NCBI GenBank assembly: GCA_039630575.1
Contig: JBCNUW010000002.1
Location: 88,192 to 152,191 of the forward strand
DNA: 64,000 nt
Direction: 5' to 3'
DNA from: Candidatus Hydrothermales bacterium
GTDB lineage: Bacteria; Hydrothermota; Hydrothermia; Hydrothermales; JAJRUZ01
How positions within the stretch are numbered: position 1 is the stretch's first letter; each line of letters opens with the position of its first letter. The notes beneath the pieces were generated by a model. The model saw only the letters and a program-made list of their open reading frames with translations, was not told the DNA's origin and ran no database searches. Made by a program: the position numbers and the translations under genes. Positions 21,342 through 31,855 of this stretch are shown here, piece after piece.

Positions 21342-23390
21342 TTAATATAAAAATTCTTTTTTTTCAAGTTTAGCTTCTCTAAATGAACTAACCTTCATCC
21401 AAATTCCTGCCTTTCCTTTTGTGTGTGATCTTAAAACAGTAACATATCCAAAAGTATTTTTAAGGGGCATCTCAGCAACTATTTTTATAATGTCAAAACC
21501 TTGTAAAATATCCTTTTCTATTATTTCTGCTTCTCGCTGCATGAGATCCTGAATCACATTCCCGATAAATTCGTGTGGCACAGTTATCTCTAAATAAGAA
21601 TAGGGTTCAAGTAATACGGGTTCCGAAGTTTTTATCAATTCTTTTCCAGCCTCATGTATTGCTAATCTCAAACCTAATGGAGTTGTTCTTTCTATATTAT
21701 ATACTCTTTTAAGAATCATTTTTACATCTATTAACGGGTAACCTGCTATTACACCAAAATCAAGAAGCTCTTTCATAGAGCTATAAGCCACTTCTTTCAA
21801 CTCTCCTTCTAAATTCAAGTTTTCATCTATCAAAATTTCGTTTCTCATAGAGCTTCTTATTGGTTCAACTTTTAATAGTACTTTACCGTACTGTTCCTCT
21901 CCACCTATATTTTTCTTGATTTCTTTTATAATTTCTCCACTTATACTTATACTCTCCCTATAATGAACCTGAGGTTTTAATGCTCTAAAATCTAATTTAT
22001 GGTCTCTTTTTAACCTATCCAATATAATCTCAAGATGAAGCTCTCCCATTCCTGATATTATAATTTGACCGGTTTCCTCGTCAATTTTTAAATTAAAGGT
22101 TGGATCCTCTTCTACCATCCATTTTAATCTTTCCTCTATTTTTTTGAAATCTTTTGAAGAAATTGGCTCTATAGCCTGTGAAACTACGGGTTCAGGAAAA
22201 AGCATCTCTTCATATAAAATTGAGTGTTCATGTGAACAAATAGTGTCTCCAGTCTTTATTTCTTTTGGACCTACTATTCCAACTATTTCACCACATATAG
22301 CTTCCCTTATTGCGTTTTTTTTATTTGCATGAAGTCTGTAGAGACGTTGAATTCTTGTAACTTCATTTGTTCTTGGATTATATATCTTCTCCCCTTGAGA
22401 AATTTTTCCTGAATATATTCTTACATAACACAACTTACCCATATCTTCAAAAATTTGAACCTTAAAAACAACTCCACTAAAATGGTCATTTGGATCAGGA
22501 TTTCTAAAAATTTCATTTCTAGTTAAAGGATCTATCCCTCTTATTTTTCCTCTATCAATTGGAGATGGCAAATATTCACAGATTGCATCTAAAAGTGGTT
22601 GAATACCTTTGTTTTTTAAGGCTGAACCAATCAAAACTGGTAAAAATCTTTTCTCTAAAACTCCCTTTCTTATCGCATTGTTAACTTTAAAAGAGTTTAC
22701 AAAGCCCTTTTCATAATATTCATCTGCAATACTCTCATCTATTTCCGAAAGAGTTATAATCATATCTTCATAATAATTTTTAGCATCTTCCTTTAGACTA
22801 TCTATCGGTAAAAAAGAATATTCGATTCCTAATTCATCTTTATCCCAGAGTATTTTTTTATTTTCAACAAAGTGAAAAACACCTAAAAATTGAGTTTCCA
22901 AACCAACTGGCCATTCAAGTAAAAGAGGTTTAATTTTAAATTTTTTTTCAATTTGATTCAAAACTTTTAAGTGGTCAGCACCCTGTCTATCCATTTTATT
23001 TATGAAAGCTATTCTCGGTACATTAAACTTTTCAGCTTGTCTCCATATTGTCTCAGATTGTGGTTCAACTCCCTCTACTGCTGAAAAGATTATCACAAGA
23101 CCGTCAAGAATTCTCATAGACCTTTCAACCTCTACTGTAAAATCTACATGTCCAGGTGTATCAACAATGTGTATTAGGTAATTTTTCCATTCGCAAAAAG
23201 TTGCAGCAGCCTGAATTGTAATTCCTCTCTCTTTCTCCTGAATCATATAGTCCATTGTGGCTGTACCCTCATCCACCTCACCCATTCTATGTATCCTATG
23301 AGTATAAAAAAGAATCCTCTCAGTAGTTGTAGTTTTACCTGCATCTATATGAGCAGCAAAACCGATATTACGTATTTTACTTATGTCCAT
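21342..23390 (-). CDS. fusA: Elongation factor G family protein with divergent domain IV (EF-G2/recycling-like)
   Basis: AHIDAGKTTTTERIL, ERGITI, DTPGHVDF, NKMD, GMGELHL; between rpsG and tuf. Confidence 0.9.
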   Translation of the reverse strand: MDISKIRNIGFAAHIDAGKTTTTERILFYTHRIHRMGEVDEGTATMDYMIQEKERGITIQAAATFCEWKNYLIHIVDTPGHVDFTVEVERSMRILDGLVIIFSAVEGVEPQSETIWRQAEKFNVPRIAFINKMDRQGADHLKVLNQIEKKFKIKPLLLEWPVGLETQFLGVFHFVENKKILWDKDELGIEYSFLPIDSLKEDAKNYYEDMIITLSEIDESIADEYYEKGFVNSFKVNNAIRKGVLEKRFLPVLIGSALKNKGIQPLLDAICEYLPSPIDRGKIRGIDPLTRNEIFRNPDPNDHFSGVVFKVQIFEDMGKLCYVRIYSGKISQGEKIYNPRTNEVTRIQRLYRLHANKKNAIREAICGEIVGIVGPKEIKTGDTICSHEHSILYEEMLFPEPVVSQAIEPISSKDFKKIEERLKWMVEEDPTFNLKIDEETGQIIISGMGELHLEIILDRLKRDHKLDFRALKPQVHYRESISISGEIIKEIKKNIGGEEQYGKVLLKVEPIRSSMRNEILIDENLNLEGELKEVAYSSMKELLDFGVIAGYPLIDVKMILKRVYNIERTTPLGLRLAIHEAGKELIKTSEPVLLEPYSYLEITVPHEFIGNVIQDLMQREAEIIEKDILQGFDIIKIVAEMPLKNTFGYVTVLRSHTKGKAGIWMKVSSFREAKLEKKEFLY

Positions 23391-23458
23391 TTGGCCAATT
23401 TTTGGAATTTAATTTTAAAAAAATTAACTTTTTCTTTTAAAAAAAAATTTTATACTTT

Positions 23459-23926
23459 TTACCATCTAAAGTGTGCAAAGGCTCTGTTTGCCTCTGCCAT
23501 TTTGTGGGTATTTTCTCTTATCTTAACTGCTCCGCCTTCATTATTTGCAGCACTTATTAACTCCTTTGCCAACTTCTCTATCATTCCTCTTTCTCCTCTC
23601 TCTCGCGCTGATTTTATAATCCATTTTATAGCAAGAGAAACTTGCCTTTTCGGTCTTACCTCAACTGGCACCTGATAGGTAGCTCCTCCAACTCTCCTCG
23701 GTCTCACCTCAAGAGTAGGCTTTACATTCTCTATTGCTTTTTCAAAAACTTTTAATGGATCTTCACCTGTAAGATCTTGAATTCTCTTCATTGCATTATA
23801 AAATATTTTCATCGCAATACTTTTTTTACCATCCCACATCAAGTTGTTAATAAACTTCATAACAAGGGGTGAATTATAAATAGGATCTGTTGGTATTTTT
23901 CTTTCAGGTGCTCTTCTTCTTCTCAT
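23459..23926 (-). CDS. rpsG: 30S ribosomal protein S7
   Basis: [26 protein letters not shown]. Confidence 0.98.
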   Translation of the reverse strand: MRRRRAPERKIPTDPIYNSPLVMKFINNLMWDGKKSIAMKIFYNAMKRIQDLTGEDPLKVFEKAIENVKPTLEVRPRRVGGATYQVPVEVRPKRQVSLAIKWIIKSARERGERGMIEKLAKELISAANNEGGAVKIRENTHKMAEANRAFAHFRW

Positions 23927-23931
23927 ATTTT

Positions 23932-24312
23932 TTAACCCTCCTTCTTTTTCCTTTTAGTACCATAAAGACTTCTTGAACTTGCCCTATTTGCCACACCTGC
24001 ACAATCATAAACTCCTCTAACTATATGATACTTTACTCCAGGTAAATCTTTTACTCTCCCTCCTCTAACAAGAACGACTGAGTGTTCTTGAAGGTTGTGC
24101 CCTTCTCCCGGTATGTAGGCAATCACCTCTCTACCATTCGAAAGTCTCACTTTAGCTACCTTCCTTAAAGCTGAGTTTGGTTTTTTGGGGCTAGTTGTAT
24201 ATACACGTATACAAACTCCTCTTTTTTGTGGACATGATTCAAGAGCAATACTTTTAGATTTTTTTCTCTTCTTTTTTCTTTTATGTCGTATAATTTGGTT
24301 TATAGTAGGCAT
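23932..24312 (-). CDS. rpsL: 30S ribosomal protein S12
   Basis: [26 protein letters not shown]. Confidence 0.98.
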   Translation of the reverse strand: MPTINQIIRHKRKKKRKKSKSIALESCPQKRGVCIRVYTTSPKKPNSALRKVAKVRLSNGREVIAYIPGEGHNLQEHSVVLVRGGRVKDLPGVKYHIVRGVYDCAGVANRASSRSLYGTKRKKKEG

Positions 24313-24341
24313 TAATTTTTTTAAAATGCTATTTTTATTAT

Positions 24342-24394
24342 GGATTTGAACCGAAATTTAATATAATTATAAAAGTTAAAAAGAAAAAAATCAA
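24342..24394 (-). promoter_or_regulatory. str operon promoter followed by T-arm-like hairpin
   Basis: Minus strand TTGATT (24389-24394), 17 nt, TATAAT (24366-24371), then GGTTCAAATCC (24342-24352), 29 nt before rpsL ATG; no SD. Confidence 0.75.
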
Positions 24395-24826
24395 ATAATT
24401 TTATAATTTTATAACATTTTAGACTGATTAAAATATTACTTTAAAGGTTCGTAATGTATAATTCCTTAAACATTTAAAACTTTTTTAAAGAACATGATAA
24501 ATTAACATTCACAATCTTACTTTGTAATAAATAAACAAAAACAAATTTTTCCTAATATGAATCTACAGATTACTTTCTCAACTCTTACATAAAACTTTCT
24601 TTGGATTTAATTAGATTATGATCATTAAAAACTATGATCTATTTTCATACAAAGTTTACAAGGTAACATCTTAAACTCATCTCATCTAACTTTTTTTACT
24701 TTCCTATCTTTGTCGGAGTTCTATCAGCGATTTTTACACTTCAGAGTTCGAATAAAATATCTAAAATAAGTAAGTTCCCTTTAACTTTTGACTTACATCA
24801 TTCTTTTATTATAAACATCAAAACAA

Positions 24827-24855
24827 TTGAAAATTCTGAAAATTTCATTTATAAT
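24827..24855 (+). promoter_or_regulatory. Sigma70 promoter of the tRNA-Thr operon
   Basis: TTGAAA (24827-24832), 17 nt, TATAAT (24850-24855). Confidence 0.8.
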
Positions 24856-24863
24856 AGAAAACT

Positions 24864-24936
24864 GCCCGCGTAGCTCAGGCGGTAGAGCACTTCCTTGGTA
24901 AGGAAGAGGCCGCCGGTTCGAGTCCGGCCGCGGGCT
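24864..24936 (+). tRNA. tRNA-Thr(GGT), CCA not encoded
   Basis: Acceptor GCCCGCG/CGCGGGC, D arm GCTC/GAGC, anticodon arm CTTCC-TTGGTAA-GGAAG, T arm GCCGG-TTCGAGT-CCGGC. Confidence 0.97.
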
Positions 24937-24949
24937 TTTAAATTAAAAA

Positions 24950-26035
24950 TTGGAACTGAAAACTCCCAAGAAAAGCTTTAGAAAAGCTCTTGAAGTACTT
25001 AAAAAAGGAGGAGTTATAGCTATACCAACTGACACAGTTTCAGGACTTGTAACACCATATTGGTCTCAAGAGGGAGTTAAAAGAATCTTTTCTATTAAAA
25101 AAAGAGAAAGTGAAAAAACTCTTGGTCTTTTTATCTCTCAATCAAAAGAACTTAGACTCTTTACAAAAAACATAACAGAAACAAGAAAAAGATTGATACA
25201 TAACTTGTGGCCAGGATCTATATCTCTTTTATTTAAAGCAAAAGAAAATTTACCTGAATATATTGTCCATAGAGAAAAAAAAACAGTATCTGTTAGAATC
25301 CCAAATCATCCTGTTCCACTTTCCCTTTGCAGTTTAGCAGGACCTCTTGTACAAACTTCAGTTAATATCTCTGGTCATAAAGAAATAAATGATTATGAAG
25401 AGATTGAAAAAAAATTTGGTAAATATGTTGATTTTGTTTATCCTCAAAACTCTTATGGAAATTCTGCCTCAACAATTCTTGACGTATCCAAATATCCCTT
25501 TTTGTTATTACGAAAAGGACCTATAGGTATAACTCAGATTGAAAGTTTGCTTTTAAAAAAAATAAAAATTTCAAAATCCATCAAAACAAACATCCTATTT
25601 GTTTGCAGTGGAAACACATGTAGATCTCCAATGGCTATGGGTATAATGTATTCACTTTTAAAACAAAATCTAAGGGATTTGGTAAATATTAAATCAGCAG
25701 GAGTTGACACAATAGATGGACTTTTAATTGCTGAAAATACACTTAAAGTACTTGAGAAGGTATACAACTTAGATCTCAGTTACTATAGAACTAGGAAACT
25801 AAAAAAAGATGATCTTGAATGGGCAGACTTCATTTATGTTATGGAAAAAAAACACTTAAGAGAAATTCAAAAAATGGGATTTTATGAAAAAGCAAAACTG
25901 TTAAACCTCATAGATGGATTTAAAGATATACCTGACCCATTCGGTAAGGACTATAGCTACTATCTTTATGTATCAAAACTAATTGAAAAAAATATAAAAT
26001 TGATTGTTAAAGAAATAGAGTATAGATACTCATGA
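24950..26035 (+). CDS. tsaC: Fusion of TsaC/Sua5 threonylcarbamoyl-AMP synthase and LMW phosphatase (YwlE-like)
   Basis: PTDTVSGL, KKR, WPG, RIP, TSVNISG, ASTILD, LLRKG; then FVCSGNTCRSPMA and DIPDPFG. Confidence 0.88.
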   Translation: MELKTPKKSFRKALEVLKKGGVIAIPTDTVSGLVTPYWSQEGVKRIFSIKKRESEKTLGLFISQSKELRLFTKNITETRKRLIHNLWPGSISLLFKAKENLPEYIVHREKKTVSVRIPNHPVPLSLCSLAGPLVQTSVNISGHKEINDYEEIEKKFGKYVDFVYPQNSYGNSASTILDVSKYPFLLLRKGPIGITQIESLLLKKIKISKSIKTNILFVCSGNTCRSPMAMGIMYSLLKQNLRDLVNIKSAGVDTIDGLLIAENTLKVLEKVYNLDLSYYRTRKLKKDDLEWADFIYVMEKKHLREIQKMGFYEKAKLLNLIDGFKDIPDPFGKDYSYYLYVSKLIEKNIKLIVKEIEYRYS

Positions 26036-26997
26036 GGTATAAAGAAGCTGGGGTAGATCTTAAAAAAGCCGAAAGTGTTTCAAAAATTTTTAAAATAATA
26101 ACAAAACAAAAGGAAAGATTTTCAGGTATATTTGATCTTGGAGACTATTTTGTTGCTGCTACATGTGATGGAGTAGGTACTAAAACTCAAGTGGCAAGAA
26201 TTGCCCGTAAATTTGAAGTTCTTGGTGAAGATATAGTGAATCACTCGGTAAATGATCTTTTATGTCAAGGTGCAAAACCTATTTTTTTCCTAGATTATAT
26301 TGCTTCATCAAGCCTTGATTTGAGAGTTGTAAGAAAAATAGCAAAAGGAATATTAAAAGCCCTTAGAGAGAACGGAAATATAGCACTTTTAGGTGGAGAA
26401 ACTGCAGAAATGCCAGACATATATAATAAAAACGAGTGGGACATAGTTGGTTTTTGTGTTGGGCTTTTAAAAAAAGAGAATCTATTACCAAAAAAAATCA
26501 AAAAGGGAGATTTACTTTTAGGCTTACCATCAAATGGACTTCATACAAATGGGTACTCACTTGCACGTAAAGTTCTTTTAAAAAAATATGATTTAAATAA
26601 AAAATTTGAAGGAAAAACACTTAAAAGTCTTTTACTTAAGCCACATAAAAGTTATTTCAAGATACTTTATCCTCTTATAGAAAAAAAACTTATAAAGGGT
26701 TTAGCTCATATAACTGGAGGTGGTATAGAAGGAAATCTAAAGAGAATTTTGCCAAATAGCTTAGGTTTTGATATAGATATAAGAGATGTAGAAAAACCCA
26801 TAATTTTTGAGATAATTCAAAAAGAAGGAAATGTTCCTTATGATGAAATGCTAAAGGTATTCAATTTAGGAATAGGAATGATTGTAGTTATAGATGTAAA
26901 GGAATTAGAAAATATAAAAAATTTTTTGATAAAAAAAGGGGAAAAATTTTACATAATTGGTGAAATAACAAAAGGGAGAAAAAGAGTTATATTTTGA
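26032..26997 (+). CDS. purM: Phosphoribosylformylglycinamidine cyclo-ligase
   Basis: YKEAGVD, DGVGTK, GGETAEMP, SNGLHTNGYSLAR, HITGGG. Confidence 0.95.
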   Translation: MRYKEAGVDLKKAESVSKIFKIITKQKERFSGIFDLGDYFVAATCDGVGTKTQVARIARKFEVLGEDIVNHSVNDLLCQGAKPIFFLDYIASSSLDLRVVRKIAKGILKALRENGNIALLGGETAEMPDIYNKNEWDIVGFCVGLLKKENLLPKKIKKGDLLLGLPSNGLHTNGYSLARKVLLKKYDLNKKFEGKTLKSLLLKPHKSYFKILYPLIEKKLIKGLAHITGGGIEGNLKRILPNSLGFDIDIRDVEKPIIFEIIQKEGNVPYDEMLKVFNLGIGMIVVIDVKELENIKNFLIKKGEKFYIIGEITKGRKRVIF

Positions 26998-27021
26998 GAA
27001 TTATAAAAAAGGAGGAAAAAA

Positions 27022-29445
27022 ATGACTGAGAGGCTGATTAATGCACCTATAGAAGAGGAAATGTCAACAAGTTATATCGACTATGCGATGAGTGTAATTG
27101 TAGGTAGAGCTCTTCCTGATGTGAGAGATGGATTAAAACCTGTTCACAGAAGAATTTTATACTCAATGTACGAATCAGGTCTTTTACCAACAAAACCGTT
27201 CAAAAAAAGCGCAACAGTAGTTGGTGATGTACTTGGTAAATTTCATCCCCATGGGGATATGGCTGTTTACGATGCTCTTGTAAGAATGGCACAAGACTTC
27301 TCACTTAGATATCCACTGATTGAAGGTCAGGGAAATTTCGGTTCTATTGATGGAGATCCTCCAGCAGCATATAGATACACTGAAGTAAGGCTTTCAAAGA
27401 TAGCTCTGGAAATGCTTAAAGATTTAGATAAAAACACTGTTGATTTTGTGCCAAATTTCGATGGGAGGTTAAAAGAACCTGTTGTTTTACCATCACTTTT
27501 ACCAAACTTGCTTGTAAATGGCTCAACAGGAATAGCTGTAGGAATGTCAACTAATATACCACCCCATAACTTATCTGAAACCGTTGATGCACTTATATAT
27601 TTAATCGACAACCCAGATTGTAAAGACGAAGATCTATTCGAAATTATAAAAGGACCCGACTTTCCTACAGGAGGTTTGATATTAGGTAAAAAGGGGATAC
27701 ATGATTACTTTAAGATTGGAAGGGGACAAATAGTAATTAGAGGTAAATACTATATTGAAGAAAAGGGCAGAAAGAAAATTATATTTACTGAAATTCCTTA
27801 TCTTGTAAACAAAGCAAGCTTACTTGAAAGAATTGCAGATCTTATAAGAGATAAAAAAATAGAAGGTATACAGGATTTAAGGGATGAATCAGATAGAGAT
27901 GGTTTAAGAATTGTAATTGAACTTAAAAAGAACATTTCTGAGAAACTTATCTTAAATCAACTTTTTAAATACACACAGCTTCAGGATAGATTTAATGTAA
28001 TTATGTTGAGCCTTGTTGAAAATGAACCAAAAGTTTTATCTTTAAGAGAAATTTTAAACTACTATCTTAGACACAGAGAGGAGGTTACAAGAAGGAAAAC
28101 AGAATTTTTACTTAAGAAAGCTCAGGAAAGAGCCCATATTTTAGATGGTCTTAAAGTTGCTTTAAAAAACATCGATGAAGTTATCAAAATAATTAAACAC
28201 TCAAAAGATCCAAAAGAAGCAGGTGAAAAGTTGAGAAAAGTTTATAAACTTACAGAATTACAGACTCAGGCAATATTAGAAATGAGACTACAAACTCTTA
28301 CAAAACTCGAAATTTCAAAAATTGAGGAAGAGTATGAGAAAATAATTAAGGATATTCAGAAGTATAAAAGAATTTTAGAGGAAAGAAAAATTCTCTTTGA
28401 GGAAATAAAAAAAGAATTAATTGAACTAAAGGAAAAACACGGAGATAAAAGAAAAACAGAGATCTTAGATCAGGAACCAGAGGAAATTGACATCGAAAGT
28501 TTAATCAAAAAAGAAAAAATTCTTATTTTACTTTCAAAAAATGGTTATATAAAAAGGATACAAGGTTCATATTTAAAAACAAAGTCAAGGGGAACTCAAG
28601 GTCAAAAAGGAGTTCTGTTAGATGAGGATGACTTTCCGGAGGATGTTTTTTATTCTTTTTCCCATGATTATGTGCTTTTTGTATCAAATAAAGGAAAAGT
28701 TTACTCTTTAAAAGCCTATGAAATTCCTGAGAGTGGGTTAAGAGGTAAGGGAAAACCTGTAAATACAATTCTTAATTTACCAGATGGAGAGAAAATTGTC
28801 GATATGATCCCAATATCAGAATTCAAAAAGGGTGTTTATCTTTTTCTTATAACAAGAAAAGGTATAATTAAAAAAACTGACATTGAACTTTTTAAAAATG
28901 CTGGAAAAAGAGGTATCACAGGTCAAATCCTAAAGGAAAAAGATGAGACAATAAAAGGTTTACTTGTAACAGATGAAGATGAAGTTATTCTCTTAAAGGA
29001 AAACGGTCTTGCATCGAGAATAATATCAAAAGCAGTAAGACCCATGGGAAGGTCGAGTTATGGAATAATAGGAATAAAAACCAGCGATGCCGAATGTATA
29101 TCAGGAGCTGTAATAAAGGAAAATACCACCATTCTTGTTGTAACAGAAAAGGGTTACGGTAAAAGATTTAAACCAGAGGAAATTCCAGCAAAAGGAAGAG
29201 GTGCTAAGGGTGTAATTGTACAAAAGGTAAATGAAAAAACTGGAAAAGCTATTTGGTTAAAAGCCTTTGATGATAAAGATCATCTTGTATTGCTAACAAG
29301 TTCATCAAAACTATTAAGACAAAAAGTAGAAGAAATTCCTTTAATTTCAAGAGCAACAAGAGGTGTAAGGCTTATAAAAGTAGAGAAGGAAGATAAGGTT
29401 GTTGGTTGTGCAAAAATTCCTTATGAGGAGGAAATGGATGTTTAA
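27022..29445 (+). CDS. gyrA: DNA gyrase/topoisomerase IV subunit A
   Basis: [28 protein letters not shown] catalytic Tyr, beta-pinwheel CTD repeats. Confidence 0.9.
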   Translation: MTERLINAPIEEEMSTSYIDYAMSVIVGRALPDVRDGLKPVHRRILYSMYESGLLPTKPFKKSATVVGDVLGKFHPHGDMAVYDALVRMAQDFSLRYPLIEGQGNFGSIDGDPPAAYRYTEVRLSKIALEMLKDLDKNTVDFVPNFDGRLKEPVVLPSLLPNLLVNGSTGIAVGMSTNIPPHNLSETVDALIYLIDNPDCKDEDLFEIIKGPDFPTGGLILGKKGIHDYFKIGRGQIVIRGKYYIEEKGRKKIIFTEIPYLVNKASLLERIADLIRDKKIEGIQDLRDESDRDGLRIVIELKKNISEKLILNQLFKYTQLQDRFNVIMLSLVENEPKVLSLREILNYYLRHREEVTRRKTEFLLKKAQERAHILDGLKVALKNIDEVIKIIKHSKDPKEAGEKLRKVYKLTELQTQAILEMRLQTLTKLEISKIEEEYEKIIKDIQKYKRILEERKILFEEIKKELIELKEKHGDKRKTEILDQEPEEIDIESLIKKEKILILLSKNGYIKRIQGSYLKTKSRGTQGQKGVLLDEDDFPEDVFYSFSHDYVLFVSNKGKVYSLKAYEIPESGLRGKGKPVNTILNLPDGEKIVDMIPISEFKKGVYLFLITRKGIIKKTDIELFKNAGKRGITGQILKEKDETIKGLLVTDEDEVILLKENGLASRIISKAVRPMGRSSYGIIGIKTSDAECISGAVIKENTTILVVTEKGYGKRFKPEEIPAKGRGAKGVIVQKVNEKTGKAIWLKAFDDKDHLVLLTSSSKLLRQKVEEIPLISRATRGVRLIKVEKEDKVVGCAKIPYEEEMDV

Positions 29446-30055
29446 CATAATTACTTTTTTTCTATTATCGATTAGCCCAATTAGAGGTGCTCTTTTATCT
29501 TTAATTGTTCCTGGTCTTGGACTTAGGCAAATGGGCGAAGATAGGTTGTTTTTAAGTATGGTAGCTGGAGAATTGACGCTATTTTCTTTCTACATTTATG
29601 ATTTTAAAACTAAAGGAGAAATAAGAGAAAGTTACAAGAAATTTGCCTATGAAAATGCTTCAGCTTTCCCTGGAACCGATGATGAAAGGTATTGGAGTGC
29701 TGTTGAAAATTATTATAGTTATGAATTCTATTACGAATATCTTTTAAGAGAAGCAAGATCTTTGTATCCTGATGAACCTTTAAGGTGGGAAAATTATGCT
29801 AATGCCAATTCTGTTGCATACAAATGGGCTTGGAAAGATACAACTTCATGGGATGCATTTCTGCATAAAAGAGAAAAAGAAAGAAGAATAGAATCGAGAA
29901 TGAAAATTCTTCAGGGATTTGTAATTACCTACCACTTATTTTCTGCGATATACACTTTTGTCTATATTAAGAAAAAGAAAATAAACTTTCAAATAGAGGG
30001 AGAAATCGAGCCATCACAAGATAAGGCCTACCTAAAATTTACTTTCAAGTTCTAA
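29438..30055 (+). CDS. Hypothetical exported/outer-membrane protein (DUF5683-like N-terminus)
   Basis: GAGGAGG SD before ATG 29438; [16 protein letters not shown]; terminal Phe. Confidence 0.55.
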   Translation: MFNIITFFLLSISPIRGALLSLIVPGLGLRQMGEDRLFLSMVAGELTLFSFYIYDFKTKGEIRESYKKFAYENASAFPGTDDERYWSAVENYYSYEFYYEYLLREARSLYPDEPLRWENYANANSVAYKWAWKDTTSWDAFLHKREKERRIESRMKILQGFVITYHLFSAIYTFVYIKKKKINFQIEGEIEPSQDKAYLKFTFKF

Positions 30056-30059
30056 AGAT

Positions 30060-30605
30060 TTGTATTACATAAAAAGGGAAGAATGGTTAAAAAAAAGTAT
30101 AACAGAAAGGATAAAGAATGTTAATATAAAACCTATTGTTATCATTCACCATACAGCAACACCAAAAAAGGAATATCAGGGGGATATCAATTATTTAGAT
30201 AGGATTCACAGAGAGAAAGGTTTCATAATGATCGGTTATCATTTTATTATAGCTCCTGATGGTAAAGTATTTGAAGGAAGAAAGATTAACGAGGAGGGAG
30301 CTCATACAAAGAGGTTTAACAGCTTTTTAGGAATTGCATTAATTGGAAACTTTGAGGAAGAGGAAATGGAAAAAAGGCAGTTATTTTCCCTATTAAATTT
30401 TATGAGTTATTTAGAAAAGATTTTTTTTATAAATAAATTTTCTTTTCACTTTATGCTGAATGAAAAAACTTTATGTGGAAAAAAAATTTTTGACAAGTTA
30501 GTGAAAAATAGAAATAAAAGAGTGTTTAAATTTCCAGATGATTTGTTTTATAATTTAATAGGTTCAAATCCATTTACAGAAGATTTTAGTAAAAGGAGGG
30601 ACTAA
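30060..30605 (+). CDS. N-acetylmuramoyl-L-alanine amidase, amidase_2/PGRP family
   Basis: IIHHTA, IGYHF, EGR, GAHT, GIALIGNF, H..KTLC. Confidence 0.8.
   Translation: MYYIKREEWLKKSITERIKNVNIKPIVIIHHTATPKKEYQGDINYLDRIHREKGFIMIGYHFIIAPDGKVFEGRKINEEGAHTKRFNSFLGIALIGNFEEEEMEKRQLFSLLNFMSYLEKIFFINKFSFHFMLNEKTLCGKKIFDKLVKNRNKRVFKFPDDLFYNLIGSNPFTEDFSKRRD
30549..30571 (+). promoter_or_regulatory. mdh -10 box and T-arm-like hairpin
   Basis: TATAAT 30549-30554, GGTTCAAATCC 30561-30571, then SD AAGGAGG and ATG 30607. Confidence 0.65.
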
Positions 30606-30606
30606 T

Positions 30607-31542
30607 ATGAAGGAAAAAGTATTCATAATAGGAGCAGGCTATGTTGGAGCTGAGTGTGCAAATGATTTAGCACTTAAGGACTTCTGTGATATAGTTTTGA
30701 TTGACATTCTTGAGGGGATCCCTCAGGGTAAATCTCTTGATATGACCCATTCAAACCCTATCAGGTATGTATCACCAAATATAAGGGGTCAAAATAGTTA
30801 CGATGGAATAGAAGAAGCAAAAGTAGTTGTTATAACAGCAGGAGTTCCAAGAAAGCCCGGAATGACAAGAGAAGAATTACTTGATATCAATTTTAATATT
30901 GTTAAAAGTGTTACAGAGGAAATAAAAAAAAGAAATAAAAAAGCAATATTAATAGTAGTTACAAATCCACTTGATGCAATGACCTACGCAGCTTATAGAA
31001 TTTCTGGGTTTGAAAGGGAAAGAGTGATAGGAATGGCTGGTGTTCTTGATTCAACAAGGTTTAGAGCTTTCATTGCTATGGAACTTGGAGTTGCCTATGA
31101 AGATGTTTCTGCAATAACACTTGGGACACATGGTGATTTAATGGTTCCTCTACCAAGGTATGCAACAGTAGGAGGAATACCTGTGAGTCATTTAATACCT
31201 AAAGAAAAATTGGATTCAATCGTTGATAGAACAAGAAAAGCTGGAACTGAAATTGTATCTCTTTTAAAAACAGGTAGTGCTTATTATGGTCCTGGAACCT
31301 CAACAGCTATAATGGTTGAATCAATAATCAAAGATAAAAAAAGAGTACTTTCAGCATCAGTTCTTTTAAAAGGAGAATATGGTATTAATGATATTTTTGT
31401 TGGAGTTCCTGTAATTTTAGGAGAAAAAGGAGTTGAAAAGGTTATTGAAATGAAACTTGAACCAGAGGAACTTGAAGCTCTTAAAAAATCTGCAGAACAT
31501 GTTAAAAAAATGCAGGAAGAAATTGATGCTAAATTGAAATAG
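30607..31542 (+). CDS. mdh: Malate dehydrogenase, LDH-like
   Basis: IIGAGYVG, PRKPGMTR, TNPLD, LDSTR, HGD. Confidence 0.95.
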   Translation: MKEKVFIIGAGYVGAECANDLALKDFCDIVLIDILEGIPQGKSLDMTHSNPIRYVSPNIRGQNSYDGIEEAKVVVITAGVPRKPGMTREELLDINFNIVKSVTEEIKKRNKKAILIVVTNPLDAMTYAAYRISGFERERVIGMAGVLDSTRFRAFIAMELGVAYEDVSAITLGTHGDLMVPLPRYATVGGIPVSHLIPKEKLDSIVDRTRKAGTEIVSLLKTGSAYYGPGTSTAIMVESIIKDKKRVLSASVLLKGEYGINDIFVGVPVILGEKGVEKVIEMKLEPEELEALKKSAEHVKKMQEEIDAKLK

Positions 31543-31646
31543 CTTTAAAAACTTAAAAAGGGGGTAAATTAAATTTTCAGCTAAAATCTAGAAGATTAAC
31601 TTTTTTATAAGCATTCTTGAATTTATCTTATATAATTAATTTCTGC

Positions 31647-31823
31647 CTATTTAAACTTAAAGAGAAGTCCAAAAGGTATTAGCACCAGATAACCTAAAAC
31701 AAGAAATATTACCGAAAATGTTTTATCTCCAAACCAGAGAAATATAAATCCTATTAAGGCAGAGATTATACCTAAAATGATAAGAATGTAATTTTCTTTT
31801 TTATAAGGTAATGTATTTTTCAT
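31647..31823 (-). CDS. Small two-TM protein, DUF3098-like, 58 aa, below ORF-track cutoff
   Basis: Hand translation MKNTLPYKKENYILIILGIISALIGFIFLWFGDKTFSVIFLVLGYLVLIPFGLLFKFK; TTGATA-18-TAAAAT ends 6 nt before ATG. Confidence 0.8.
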   Translation of the reverse strand: MKNTLPYKKENYILIILGIISALIGFIFLWFGDKTFSVIFLVLGYLVLIPFGLLFKFK

Positions 31824-31855
31824 TTATTTATTTTAAGCAAAAAATAGTTAATTTA

